The notes beneath the pieces are model-generated. The model was given only the letters and a program-made list of their open reading frames with translations. It ran no database searches and had not been told where the DNA came from. The position numbers were made by a program, and so were the translations under genes. This document shows positions 7,723 to 17,671 of a stretch of 46,666 bases of DNA, piece after piece. How positions within the stretch are numbered: the first letter of the stretch is position 1; the number at the start of each line of letters is the position of its first letter. The DNA is from an uncultured Verrucomicrobiales bacterium (GTDB taxonomy: Bacteria > Verrucomicrobiota > Verrucomicrobiia > Verrucomicrobiales > DEV007), in assembly GCA_938091905.1 (NCBI GenBank), contig CALKOM010000060.1:1-46666 (forward strand). Reading direction: 5' to 3'.

Positions 7723-9792
7723 TTACGAAGGTTGCACAGAACCTGGGGAGGGACCGCCTGTGTTTCCACTACTGTCGTCTGAGCTACTTCCGTCAGTTGG
7801 CTGATCGGTTGGGCTGGGACTATCATTCCCTCCACCAGAGGTCGTCCCGCCAGAGGTCGTCCCGCCAGAGGTCGTCTCACCAGGAGAAGGATTACCGCTA
7901 GTCTCGCCGCTAGGACCAACTAAGCCGCCTCCGTCCGAAGCAGGACTATCACCGCCTGTCGGCCGCCCACTGCCAGTGGTGGTATCGCCACCCGAGTCCG
8001 GGCTTGTTCCTGAGCCATCGACAACTTCACCACCAGGGCCAATAATCACACCACCGCTGCCCCCTCCGGGACTTGGGCCAGTGGTTGGGCCTCCTGTCGA
8101 TGAGCCTCCTCCGGAAGGAGATGGACCGGTTGTAGGGGTTCCACCACCGGTCGTGGTGCCGCCGCCTGACGGCGTACCGCTGTCAGATCCCGTGGTCACT
8201 TCACCGCCGGGGCCTATGATGACAACGCCACCGTCCGTTGGAGACGGACCAGTAGTCGGCGTGCCTCCACCAGTCGGCGTGCCTCCGCCGGAGCCTGTAT
8301 TCACTTCACCGCTGGGGCCAATGATGACAACAGTATCGCCTGTTGGCGTTGGACTACCATCACCGGTCGGAGTGCCTTCGTCTGTTGGCGTTCCTCCACC
8401 AACAACTTCACCACCCGGGCCAATAATCACGCCACCGCCGCCAGGGGATGGACCACCGTCAGAATCGCCATCACCTCCATTAGTAGCAGATCCTGGGCTC
8501 GGGCCATTGGTAGGCGTTCCATTCGTTCCTCCATTGCTACCACCCGCGGGTTGCTCGCCGCCGCCATCACCAGAATTGTCACCACCTTGCTGTCCGCTGC
8601 CACCAGACACTTCACCGTTAGGACCGACCACCTGACCACCTCCAGATGGGTCTGGCGAACCACCATCACTATCCTCTCCTCCCTCAGTCACGTCTTCCGG
8701 AGACGGGCCAGGAACCGCTGGACCAGGGTCCTGATCCCCGCCTGAGGGCCCCTCGCCTCCAGGCGTGATCCCGCCACCATTGTCGCCACCAGGATCACCA
8801 CCATCTCCAACGCCAACTTCACCGCCAGGGCCGATGATTCCTCCTCCTTCATCTCCCCCGCCAGAGCCACTACCCACTGGATTCGAGCCGCCGCCTCCAG
8901 GCTGGTTATTCGGATCAGCACCAACATCGGTCTCTTCTTCTTCGACAATCTTAACCACGCCACCCGGACCAACAATTACCGTGGGCTTCTCGCTGTCCAG
9001 AGGAAACGTATCCACATCGTCGTCTAGCAAATCGCCGTCATCATTTAAGTCAGCGTTGTTCCCAACACCATCGCCGTCCGTGTCGACCGTTTCAGTAGCG
9101 TCATCCGGAAAGGCATCCGCATTGTCTCCCGCGCCATCACCATCCGAGTCTGCAGTCTCGTTGGCGTCCTCTGGAAAGGCATCCCCGTTATCTCCGACCC
9201 CATCTCCATCCCCATCCACGGTTTCGCTGGCGTCATTAGGAAACTCATCCGTGCCATCGCCCACACCGTCCCCGTCAGTATCCACGGTTTCGGTTGGGTC
9301 ATCCGGAAAAGCATCGGCATTGTTTCCGACACCATCGCCGTCTGTATCCACGGTTTCAGTTGGGTCGTCCGAAAAGCCGTCTGCATTGTCACCTACGCCA
9401 TCGCCATCCGTGTCCAAGGTTTCAGTGGGATCGTCCGGAAAGGCATCCTGTGCATCGTCCACACCATCACCATCACGGTCAGCAGCAGCAGGATCACTCA
9501 CCTCCAGGCGGAAGAAGGAAATCTTCTCCCCGGAAGCAACGACCACTGAACGAAGATCACCATTCTTAACAGCCACCTGATCCACCAAACGCCAATCGTC
9601 CGCGCGCAGCGTGCTCGACTGGAAAAGCCTCGTCATCCCAGAGGGAGCAGTCCAAGAAACGTTGTAGCTGTCATCTCCATCTCTCTCTACCTCAAGGGTA
9701 GGGATCTCCGAGGGATCTACAGCATGAGATGAAGATACGAGCCCAAAAAGGCCCGCAAAGATAGCGGCGCGGCGGGTAGCAGATGTATTCAT
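7723..9792 (-). CDS. secreted/surface protein with thrombospondin type-3-like Ca-binding repeats and a long Gly/Pro/Thr/Ser-rich tail
   Basis: Probable start ATG 9792 with signal peptide (MNTSATRRAAIFAGLFGLVSSSHA); about 7 DxDGDGVGDNADAFPDDPTE repeats; low-complexity tail with a repeated VIIGPGGEV-like motif. Confidence 0.88.
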   Translation of the reverse strand: MNTSATRRAAIFAGLFGLVSSSHAVDPSEIPTLEVERDGDDSYNVSWTAPSGMTRLFQSSTLRADDWRLVDQVAVKNGDLRSVVVASGEKISFFRLEVSDPAAADRDGDGVDDAQDAFPDDPTETLDTDGDGVGDNADGFSDDPTETVDTDGDGVGNNADAFPDDPTETVDTDGDGVGDGTDEFPNDASETVDGDGDGVGDNGDAFPEDANETADSDGDGAGDNADAFPDDATETVDTDGDGVGNNADLNDDGDLLDDDVDTFPLDSEKPTVIVGPGGVVKIVEEEETDVGADPNNQPGGGGSNPVGSGSGGGDEGGGIIGPGGEVGVGDGGDPGGDNGGGITPGGEGPSGGDQDPGPAVPGPSPEDVTEGGEDSDGGSPDPSGGGQVVGPNGEVSGGSGQQGGDNSGDGGGEQPAGGSNGGTNGTPTNGPSPGSATNGGDGDSDGGPSPGGGGVIIGPGGEVVGGGTPTDEGTPTGDGSPTPTGDTVVIIGPSGEVNTGSGGGTPTGGGTPTTGPSPTDGGVVIIGPGGEVTTGSDSGTPSGGGTTTGGGTPTTGPSPSGGGSSTGGPTTGPSPGGGSGGVIIGPGGEVVDGSGTSPDSGGDTTTGSGRPTGGDSPASDGGGLVGPSGETSGNPSPGETTSGGTTSGGTTSGGGNDSPSPTDQPTDGSSSDDSSGNTGGPSPGSVQPS
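7835..7876. repeat. 15-bp tandem repeat (CCAGAGGTCGTCCCG x about 2.8), encoding TTSGG repeats
   Basis: Identical units start at 7835 and 7850; a partial third unit starts at 7865. Confidence 0.9.
8995..9480 (-). repeat. 66-bp/22-aa tandem repeat array (TSP3-like DxDGDG Ca-binding units)
   Basis: Units such as DTDGDGVGDNADAFPDDPTETV repeated about 7 times with synonymous divergence. Confidence 0.9.
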
Positions 9793-9977
9793 GGAAGGGT
9801 GTATTAGGGGATGTAGACGATTTCGGGAGAGACGTGACAAAACCGAATTTTCTGACCGAAACTCTAAAATCCGGCCAGGCACAAACGGCAACTAGCTACT
9901 TAACGTAGCTTAAACGCCTTGTCTTCGTCAAAATTATCGGAAAAGTTTAGAAATATTTCCGACAACTCCCATCACAA

Positions 9978-11315
9978 CTAGAATCCAAGCCCTTTGGGCA
10001 TGTCCCCGCCACCCATCTGGGACATCATCTTCTTCAGTTTCCCCTTGTTCTTCATCATCTTACGCATCTGAGAGAACTGACGCAGGAGATTGTTCACCTC
10101 GGTAACCTTGGTTCCACTGCCCTTGGCGATTCTCTGGCGGCGTTTCCCATTGAGGATCTCAGGGCGATGCCGCTCCTTTGGAGTCATGGAGAGAATGATG
10201 GCTTCCACCCGCTTCATGTGGCCATCATTGATCGGAAGGTCCTTTAGTTTCCCCATCCCAGGCAGCATGCCCAGCAGCCCCTCAAGTGGCCCAAGTTTCT
10301 TGAGCATCTTCATCTGGTTAAGGAAGTCATTGAAATCGAACGTCGCCTTTTGAATCTTCTCCGCCATTTTCATGGCATCTTTCTCGTCGATCGCGTCCGT
10401 AGCCCGCTCGACCAGGCCGACGACATCACCCATCCCCAAGATACGTCCAGCCATGCGATCAGGCACAAAGAGATCAAGCTGGTCCATCTTCTCGCCCACA
10501 CCTGCCAATTTGATCGGCTTGCCAGTGACCTGCCGCATGGACAGTGCGGCACCGCCTCGAGCGTCGCCATCCAACTTCGTGAGAACAATGCCAGTCAGAC
10601 TAACAGCCTCATCGAAATGGGTCGCCACACTCACTGCCTGCTGTCCGGTCGCGGCGTCTGCAACTAACAGAACTTCCTGCGGCTCAAGAAATTCGCGCAA
10701 GCGCTTCAGCTCTTCTATAAGATCCGTATCGACCTCTTGGCGACCCGCCGTATCAAAGATCATGACGGCAGCTTTCCGTTCCTCTCCCCAAGCCAACGCC
10801 TGCTCAGCTACCTTGAGCACATCGATTTCTCCCGGTTCCGGCTTAAAGATCGGCACGTCGATCTCCTCTGCCAAGGTGGCAAGTTGCTCAACTGCCGCAG
10901 GACGATACAAGTCGCACGCCACGAGATGCGGCTGTCGGCCTTCTTTCTTTAACCGCAACGCTAGCTTAGCCGAAGTCGTGGTTTTACCCGCACCATTCAA
11001 ACCGACCATGAGCAGTCGCCCAGGAGCATCCAGATTCAGCTCTTCAGCATCACTCCCTAGCAAGGCAGTCAACTCATCTTGAAAGATCTTAACGATCTGC
11101 TCGCCCGGCTTGATACTAAGCAGCACCTCCTGCCCCATTGCCTTTTCACGAACAGCAGCCATAAACGTCTTGGCCACGCTGAACTCGACGTCTGCTTCTA
11201 GCATCGCCATGCGAACTTCCCGCATGGCATCCGAGACATTCTTCTCTGTGATCTTGCCTTGACCACGAAGTTTTTTGAAGGCGCCTTCTAGGCTCTCAGA
11301 TAGCTGATTGAACAT
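9978..11315 (-). CDS. ffh: signal recognition particle protein Ffh
   Basis: LEADV, GLNGAGKTT, DTAGR and TKLDGDARGGAALS motifs; Met-rich M domain (RRQRIAKGSG). Confidence 0.98.
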   Translation of the reverse strand: MFNQLSESLEGAFKKLRGQGKITEKNVSDAMREVRMAMLEADVEFSVAKTFMAAVREKAMGQEVLLSIKPGEQIVKIFQDELTALLGSDAEELNLDAPGRLLMVGLNGAGKTTTSAKLALRLKKEGRQPHLVACDLYRPAAVEQLATLAEEIDVPIFKPEPGEIDVLKVAEQALAWGEERKAAVMIFDTAGRQEVDTDLIEELKRLREFLEPQEVLLVADAATGQQAVSVATHFDEAVSLTGIVLTKLDGDARGGAALSMRQVTGKPIKLAGVGEKMDQLDLFVPDRMAGRILGMGDVVGLVERATDAIDEKDAMKMAEKIQKATFDFNDFLNQMKMLKKLGPLEGLLGMLPGMGKLKDLPINDGHMKRVEAIILSMTPKERHRPEILNGKRRQRIAKGSGTKVTEVNNLLRQFSQMRKMMKNKGKLKKMMSQMGGGDMPKGLGF

Positions 11316-11339
11316 ATTAGAATGATAATAAGGGAAAGA

Positions 11340-12668
11340 TTAATTCTTGGCAGGCTCGGAAATCGCCACTGAATCGTCTTGCTCAGAAGGCTTAGGGGTG
11401 TGCTCCAGATAGTTAGCGATGGCGTCTACACTAAACTTCCAGCGGAGGATACTCGGCTTCTTTTCTCCCTCGCGTACAAACTGAACAAGAACCCGGTAAT
11501 CAGGGAGACGGAAGCGCTGCAGCGGCGTGTAAGAATAAAACTTAGTCGCCTCATCATACTGCGCACCCACCTTACCGAGGCCACTGACGCTCATCGAAAG
11601 AGTGTCCAAATCGATATTCCCGATCAACGACAAGTTCGCACTAATCGTCGGCTGGCGCTCCTTAATCGTACTACCATTGGCCGGAAAGAGATCGACAAGA
11701 GGCTTCTCTTCGCCTGTCACCTTATCCTTCGTGGTCTCTTTGAGCAGATTACTCGCACCGACCAGCCCAATCGCTAGTCGCGAGGACAACGCCCACGCAA
11801 AAGCCCTATCATCTTCCCCATGCACAATATAACGCCCCATTTCTTTCAGATCCGTTTCCCATGACACTTTCCTTCCTCTCACTGTCACCATGGCCGCGTA
11901 ACCAGCATCCACACATGCAGCAATGACTCGATCATCGTAAGCTCCGTAAGGGTAGGAGAAGGTGACAGGATCCTGACCAGTCTTCTCCTTGAGGATTCTT
12001 CGAGAATCGGTCGCTTCTTTCTTCAGAAAGGCCGCGTGAATTTCATCCGAACGTCGGCCCTGGCGATTCAAGAAACCATGGGAGATGCCATGACTGCCGA
12101 TCTCTCCACCTGCAGCAACCATCTCAAGAACTTCATCCTTAGACAGCGTCTTACCGGCACCGCCAAAGAAGTTCGTATAAGGATAGACCGTAAACGGGAA
12201 GTCAAACTCCTTTAGAATCGGGAAGGCCAAGTCGTAAGTCGATACATAGCCGTCATCAATCGTGATGATGACAGAAAACGGTGGGATGTTCTTTTCTCCA
12301 CGCCGCCACGCCAGAAAGTCACCCATTCCAATCACTGGGATTTCATTGTCCGCCAGGGTCTGCATCTGCTCGCGGAATTTCTCTATGAAGATCGTCGTTG
12401 GGAGCTGTTTCCTCGAAATCTCCGGACTGGCCGAAAACTTGTGGTAGCCTAAGACAGCTACTTTCGAGGTGGTATCCACCGCCTCGTCCGGCGTGTCCGG
12501 CTCCGGAGGTGGCGGCAAGTCCGCAGGCGGCGTCGGTTCTGCCTCTAGGGGCGCCTCGACCGCTTCAGGAACAGACGTGACGGGCTCCTCGGGCGCAGGA
12601 ATCTTCTCACAACCCGCCAAACAGGCAAGGAGCGCTAAGATCGACAGGACCTGGCGAAAGAGGAGCAT
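11340..12668 (-). CDS. polysaccharide deacetylase family lipoprotein (CE4/NodB) with C-terminal beta-rich domain
   Basis: Lipobox LAGC after ATG 12668; Pro-rich linker; TIDDG, GSHGISH and FSYPYG CE4 motifs. Confidence 0.9.
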   Translation of the reverse strand: MLLFRQVLSILALLACLAGCEKIPAPEEPVTSVPEAVEAPLEAEPTPPADLPPPPEPDTPDEAVDTTSKVAVLGYHKFSASPEISRKQLPTTIFIEKFREQMQTLADNEIPVIGMGDFLAWRRGEKNIPPFSVIITIDDGYVSTYDLAFPILKEFDFPFTVYPYTNFFGGAGKTLSKDEVLEMVAAGGEIGSHGISHGFLNRQGRRSDEIHAAFLKKEATDSRRILKEKTGQDPVTFSYPYGAYDDRVIAACVDAGYAAMVTVRGRKVSWETDLKEMGRYIVHGEDDRAFAWALSSRLAIGLVGASNLLKETTKDKVTGEEKPLVDLFPANGSTIKERQPTISANLSLIGNIDLDTLSMSVSGLGKVGAQYDEATKFYSYTPLQRFRLPDYRVLVQFVREGEKKPSILRWKFSVDAIANYLEHTPKPSEQDDSVAISEPAKN

Positions 12669-12684
12669 GATGGGCCAACCTAGG

Positions 12685-13911
<1,227 letters not shown>

Positions 13912-13988
13912 TCAAGAATCGGTCATCGTTGCGACGTATCGAACCATTCTGGTTTAGAAATTCCATTCATGACCGATACTGGAAGATC

Positions 13989-15502
13989 ATGAAACGACTT
14001 GCAGCACTTGCTCTCGTTCTGACGACCTCCAATGCCCACGCGACTCTACGAAAATCTCTCTCGCGGATCTCAATGGAGATGATTCCGTTAATCAGAGTGA
14101 TCTCCCCTTGCTCGCAGCAACCGTTCTCAACGATGGCATCTCGCCAGACGCTCCGCGGCTAGAACTGATGGAGACCTCCTCCGCTGACGGTGAAGACGGC
14201 GTCGCCATCACGCGAGAGTCCATTCTACGATTCGACAAACCGTTGCCAGACAACGCTTCCGTGGACACGGCAATCTTCGCGGGAGAAACGCTTAAGACAC
14301 ACAAACAACTTTCCGCCGATCGGCTCACACTGACACTCTTCTATACGTAAGACTTGCCACCAAGCGCACGCGTGCTAGTCACAATCGACGGCGATGCGCT
14401 CAACGGTGTCGATGCCGCCAGCGCTCTATCAGGGACACCGCACAACCAGGATCCAGCTTCGGCAAACACCATCCAGTCCGTGACGTTCCAAGGCGCCGGA
14501 TTTACCGAAAGCTCAACGAAGGTAGTGCTAGAATCCATGAACCGGAGTGGTGTGCCTTACATCACAACGATCACACCAGACACCATTGCTCATGATGGCA
14601 GTAGCCTCACGCTCCTGATCCCATCAGAATCTAGCACTGTCATTGCAACACTATTGAGCGGCGGGTCAGGCCAGCTCTTGCAAATCGTTCCCACGGTTAC
14701 GGCCATCGACGGAGGGCGCGGGCAACTCACTCAGATTTGGGGCAGCGGATTCACGGAGAGAAAGATTTCTCTACAGTTTGGACCTGACAGTGCCTCACCC
14801 ACAGTCACCCATGGCGGTCCCGCACCCGATGATGGCATCGACGCCTTTGACTGGAGTTTCGCCAATCAGCGCCTAGAGGTCGTTGTTCCGAACAACGCGC
14901 AGCTTCCCTATCGGGTCATCACGGAAGGAGGCATTTCGGGTAACGATGATGACATTGCCTCGTTTACCGCAACGGCAACGTGTGGATCGGCTGCGGTGAG
15001 CACCAGCGCTTCAGCAAATGTAGAACAAACCATCACGCTGAACGGCGGCGGCTTCTCGCCAGACACCACAAAGCTCACCTTCGAGGCAAACTGGATCGAT
15101 GGCGTGCCTTAGGTCTTCAAGACAAATCCTACCTCAGTCGCGGGTGATAGCCGATCACTCACAGCAGATATCCTAGCTGGCATTGTCACAGGAAACATGG
15201 CCCTGCTCAGTGGCGGCGCAGCCGACCGTCTTCAAATCGTCTCTACAAGCAGGGCGATCAGCGGCACAGTTGCGGCAGGCAATAAGGTGACGATTATCGG
15301 TAGTGGCTATTGAGAGGGCGATACGACCGTCCGCTTTGGTAGTGCCAGTGTGATCGACAGAGGCCCTGAAACAAACGACGGAATCGATGTCTTTAACTGG
15401 TCCATTCGCAATGCGCGGATCCAAACGGAAGTTCCCGGAGGTGACGACGTTCCCGTCCACGTGACCACGGATGGAGGCACGAGCGCAAGCGTCACTCCGT
15501 GA
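13989..15502 (+). pseudogene. eroded large secreted protein: signal peptide, dockerin/EF-hand-like motif, Ig-like (Big_5-like) domain, two tandem IPT/TIG-like repeats
   Basis: Signal peptide at 13989, then a frameshift near 14040 into ADLNGDDSVNQSDL. One frame then runs through in-frame TAA 14348, TAG 15110 and TGA 15311 to TGA 15500. Two internal repeats are alignable. Confidence 0.8.
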
Positions 15503-15544
15503 GCCATTCTGAGAAAGCCTGTTCACGCGGAGAGACAGCCGCTA

Positions 15545-16552
15545 TCAAGATTTTGGAACCACTTTATCTCTGAAATTTCGAATGCCGCGAACAATGGCCG
15601 CTCCAAGCACTTCCGCTTCGGCCGCGGTCTCGGCGGGGATCGAAATAGAGGCGGCGGGTTCTGCTGCCTTCTCAAGGAAGTTGCTGCGAGTACGGCGCAG
15701 ACCACCATCGAGCACACCCTCGACCGTCTCCATCAGGATCGAATGAAGAGACATCCCAAGAACCACGTTGAGGCGATCTTGAGCATTTCCTTGAGCCCTT
15801 GCATCGAGCTCTGGCAGCGCGGTTTCCTCATGAATGGGAGATCCGTAGGGAGCAAGGGTTTGAGTCCAGAGATCATCAGACTCTGGATGCTGAGTAAGAT
15901 GCAGCCTTGCCAGTAGTTTGGGCACTGGAGGGGCCTCCGCGTCCGATGCCTTCGGCAGCTCGGTGATCGTCTGCATTCCGAAGGCCTCTAAACCGTATTT
16001 CAAATGACTAGCCACCTTTGCCGCCAGGCTATCATCTGCAGAAACATAAAGAAGGATCGTTGGAGTAACGCCACTAGGATAGTTGTATATCGATGGCCGA
16101 ATGATAGGATCGATCAGCAGGGAAAGATCCACTCGAGAGAGATAGAGACGATTCTTAAACCGAACGGGCGCGAAACTCAGATACCCTTTATAGGTCTTGA
16201 TCTGAGCCTGACGCAGCCCCGCAAGAAAACGCAAGATAATCTTGGAACTCGGCGACTCGAGAACGACTTCATCACCGATCACATCCATCTGCTCGAACCT
16301 GTAAAACTTATGAATGTCAGAGAAACGAACATACTCGCGCTCGTTGTCTCGCAGCACATGCCACTGCCAGGTCCCACGCTGCTCCAGTCTCTCAACTGGG
16401 GCGGGAGGAGGCACCACGATAGGCTCAGGCTCGCCTGGTTCCCTGAATGGAACTTCTTCCTGCCCCAGAGATGGCACGCCAAAGCTCAGCACAGCCATTA
16501 GGCCTAGTATCGGAGCTTGGAAGGAACACATATCGGATCTTTCCGCAACCAA
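15545..16552 (-). CDS. N-acetylmuramoyl-L-alanine amidase (Amidase_3)-like protein, probably catalytically inactive
   Basis: YLSRVDLSLLIDPIIRPS, TLAPYGSP, GNAQDRLNVVLGMSLH, GGLRRTRSNFL...PAASI and LGAAIVRGI follow the order of amidase-like segments, but there is no DxGHGG or HxN motif. The true start may be a downstream Met. Confidence 0.6.
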   Translation of the reverse strand: MVAERSDMCSFQAPILGLMAVLSFGVPSLGQEEVPFREPGEPEPIVVPPPAPVERLEQRGTWQWHVLRDNEREYVRFSDIHKFYRFEQMDVIGDEVVLESPSSKIILRFLAGLRQAQIKTYKGYLSFAPVRFKNRLYLSRVDLSLLIDPIIRPSIYNYPSGVTPTILLYVSADDSLAAKVASHLKYGLEAFGMQTITELPKASDAEAPPVPKLLARLHLTQHPESDDLWTQTLAPYGSPIHEETALPELDARAQGNAQDRLNVVLGMSLHSILMETVEGVLDGGLRRTRSNFLEKAAEPAASISIPAETAAEAEVLGAAIVRGIRNFRDKVVPKS

Positions 16553-16585
16553 CGATCGAATGCAACCTGTACTCGCCTACCAGAG

Positions 16586-17599
16586 TCATGCATCGGAATC
16601 GCGTACCTCGATCTCCTTGGCCTGCTTCACGACACGACGAAGACTACCCGCAGTCTCAGGACGGTAGAAAGGAAAGACGAGCCCGCCGAGAAGACTCCAG
16701 AAAACACTGAAGCCAAAGCCTAGCAACGACACGAGTACGCCGACCTCAGACGGCACCTGGCAAAGCCGCTGAAGAAACGATTCGAACAAGGTTTCCCGAA
16801 GCCCCAGACCCGAGATCGAAACTGGCAGCGTGGTGATCACATCCACGACCGGCATAATGGTAAACATATCTATCAGGCTCACACCAGCTCGCATGGACAA
16901 AGCACCAGCATAGAAGGTCCCGAAGTAAAAACCATGAATGACAAACGATAGACTTACTCCGGCAAGCGTGGTACGCCAGTTCCTGATAAAGAGCATGAGA
17001 GCTTGAGAGAATTTGATGGCCTGAGCTCGAAACGGCAATCCCTCCGGTGTTCGTGCCGTGAGGTCGAAGAACGCAACAAGAATCAGCACACCAATCCCCA
17101 CAACAGCGCCCGCAAGGTAGACGCCAGCAAACAATGTTAGCTGCGACGACAATCCAGAACCGGCAAGCCAGTCCCACCTTGCTATACAGAACGCCCCAAA
17201 CAAACTCACCACTGCAGGCAGACCACAGAGATGGTCCATGAGAATACTGGCGACCGCTTGACTGCGTTTACCTGGAAACTTACGAATGAGATAGAGGAGC
17301 TTTACCGCATCACCTCCCACTGTCCCAATCAAGATCAGATTGAAGAAGCCACCGATGAGAGAAAGCTTCGTGACCTCACTCCAAGTTAACGAGATGCCTT
17401 GCAGACGCAGGAAGAGTTGCCACCGAACAATTCCGAAGGCAACGACTCCGACGGCTAAAGCAAGACCTAGCCAGACCCACTTCAGCTCCGCCTGTTGGAC
17501 GGCCGAAATGAGCCCTTCATGAATCTCAGGCTTCGCCCACAGCCATGCCAGGCAAACCAGGCTAACAAGAACCTGAACAAACGTGAGGACATGTCTCAC
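16586..17599 (-). CDS. lysylphosphatidylglycerol synthase TM-domain / flippase-like membrane protein (UPF0104)
   Basis: Multiple TMs; RWQLFL, FFNLILIGTVGGDAVK and LPVSISGLGLRE motifs. Confidence 0.9.
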   Translation of the reverse strand: MRHVLTFVQVLVSLVCLAWLWAKPEIHEGLISAVQQAELKWVWLGLALAVGVVAFGIVRWQLFLRLQGISLTWSEVTKLSLIGGFFNLILIGTVGGDAVKLLYLIRKFPGKRSQAVASILMDHLCGLPAVVSLFGAFCIARWDWLAGSGLSSQLTLFAGVYLAGAVVGIGVLILVAFFDLTARTPEGLPFRAQAIKFSQALMLFIRNWRTTLAGVSLSFVIHGFYFGTFYAGALSMRAGVSLIDMFTIMPVVDVITTLPVSISGLGLRETLFESFLQRLCQVPSEVGVLVSLLGFGFSVFWSLLGGLVFPFYRPETAGSLRRVVKQAKEIEVRDSDA

Positions 17600-17671
17600 T
17601 TGGCAATAGAGAGTGTAGCTTAGGCATTCAGCCCAAGTTCCTGGGCAGAATACCGCGTCAGTCTTAGGTGG

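Noticed and set aside
8995..9480. 66-bp periodic repeats as a possible CRISPR array
   Set aside because: The units are in-frame coding repeats with synonymous variation, with no unique spacers and no cas genes.
7976..9580. Plus-strand Pro/Ser-rich ORFs 7976-8635 and 8765-9580
   Set aside because: Antisense shadows of the repetitive Gly/Asp-rich gene on the minus strand.
13918..13977. 9-bp inverted repeat ATCGGTCAT...ATGACCGAT between leuB and the pseudogene
   Set aside because: The 42-bp spacer has no further pairing, so the match is compatible with chance; no leucine attenuator leader peptide was evident.
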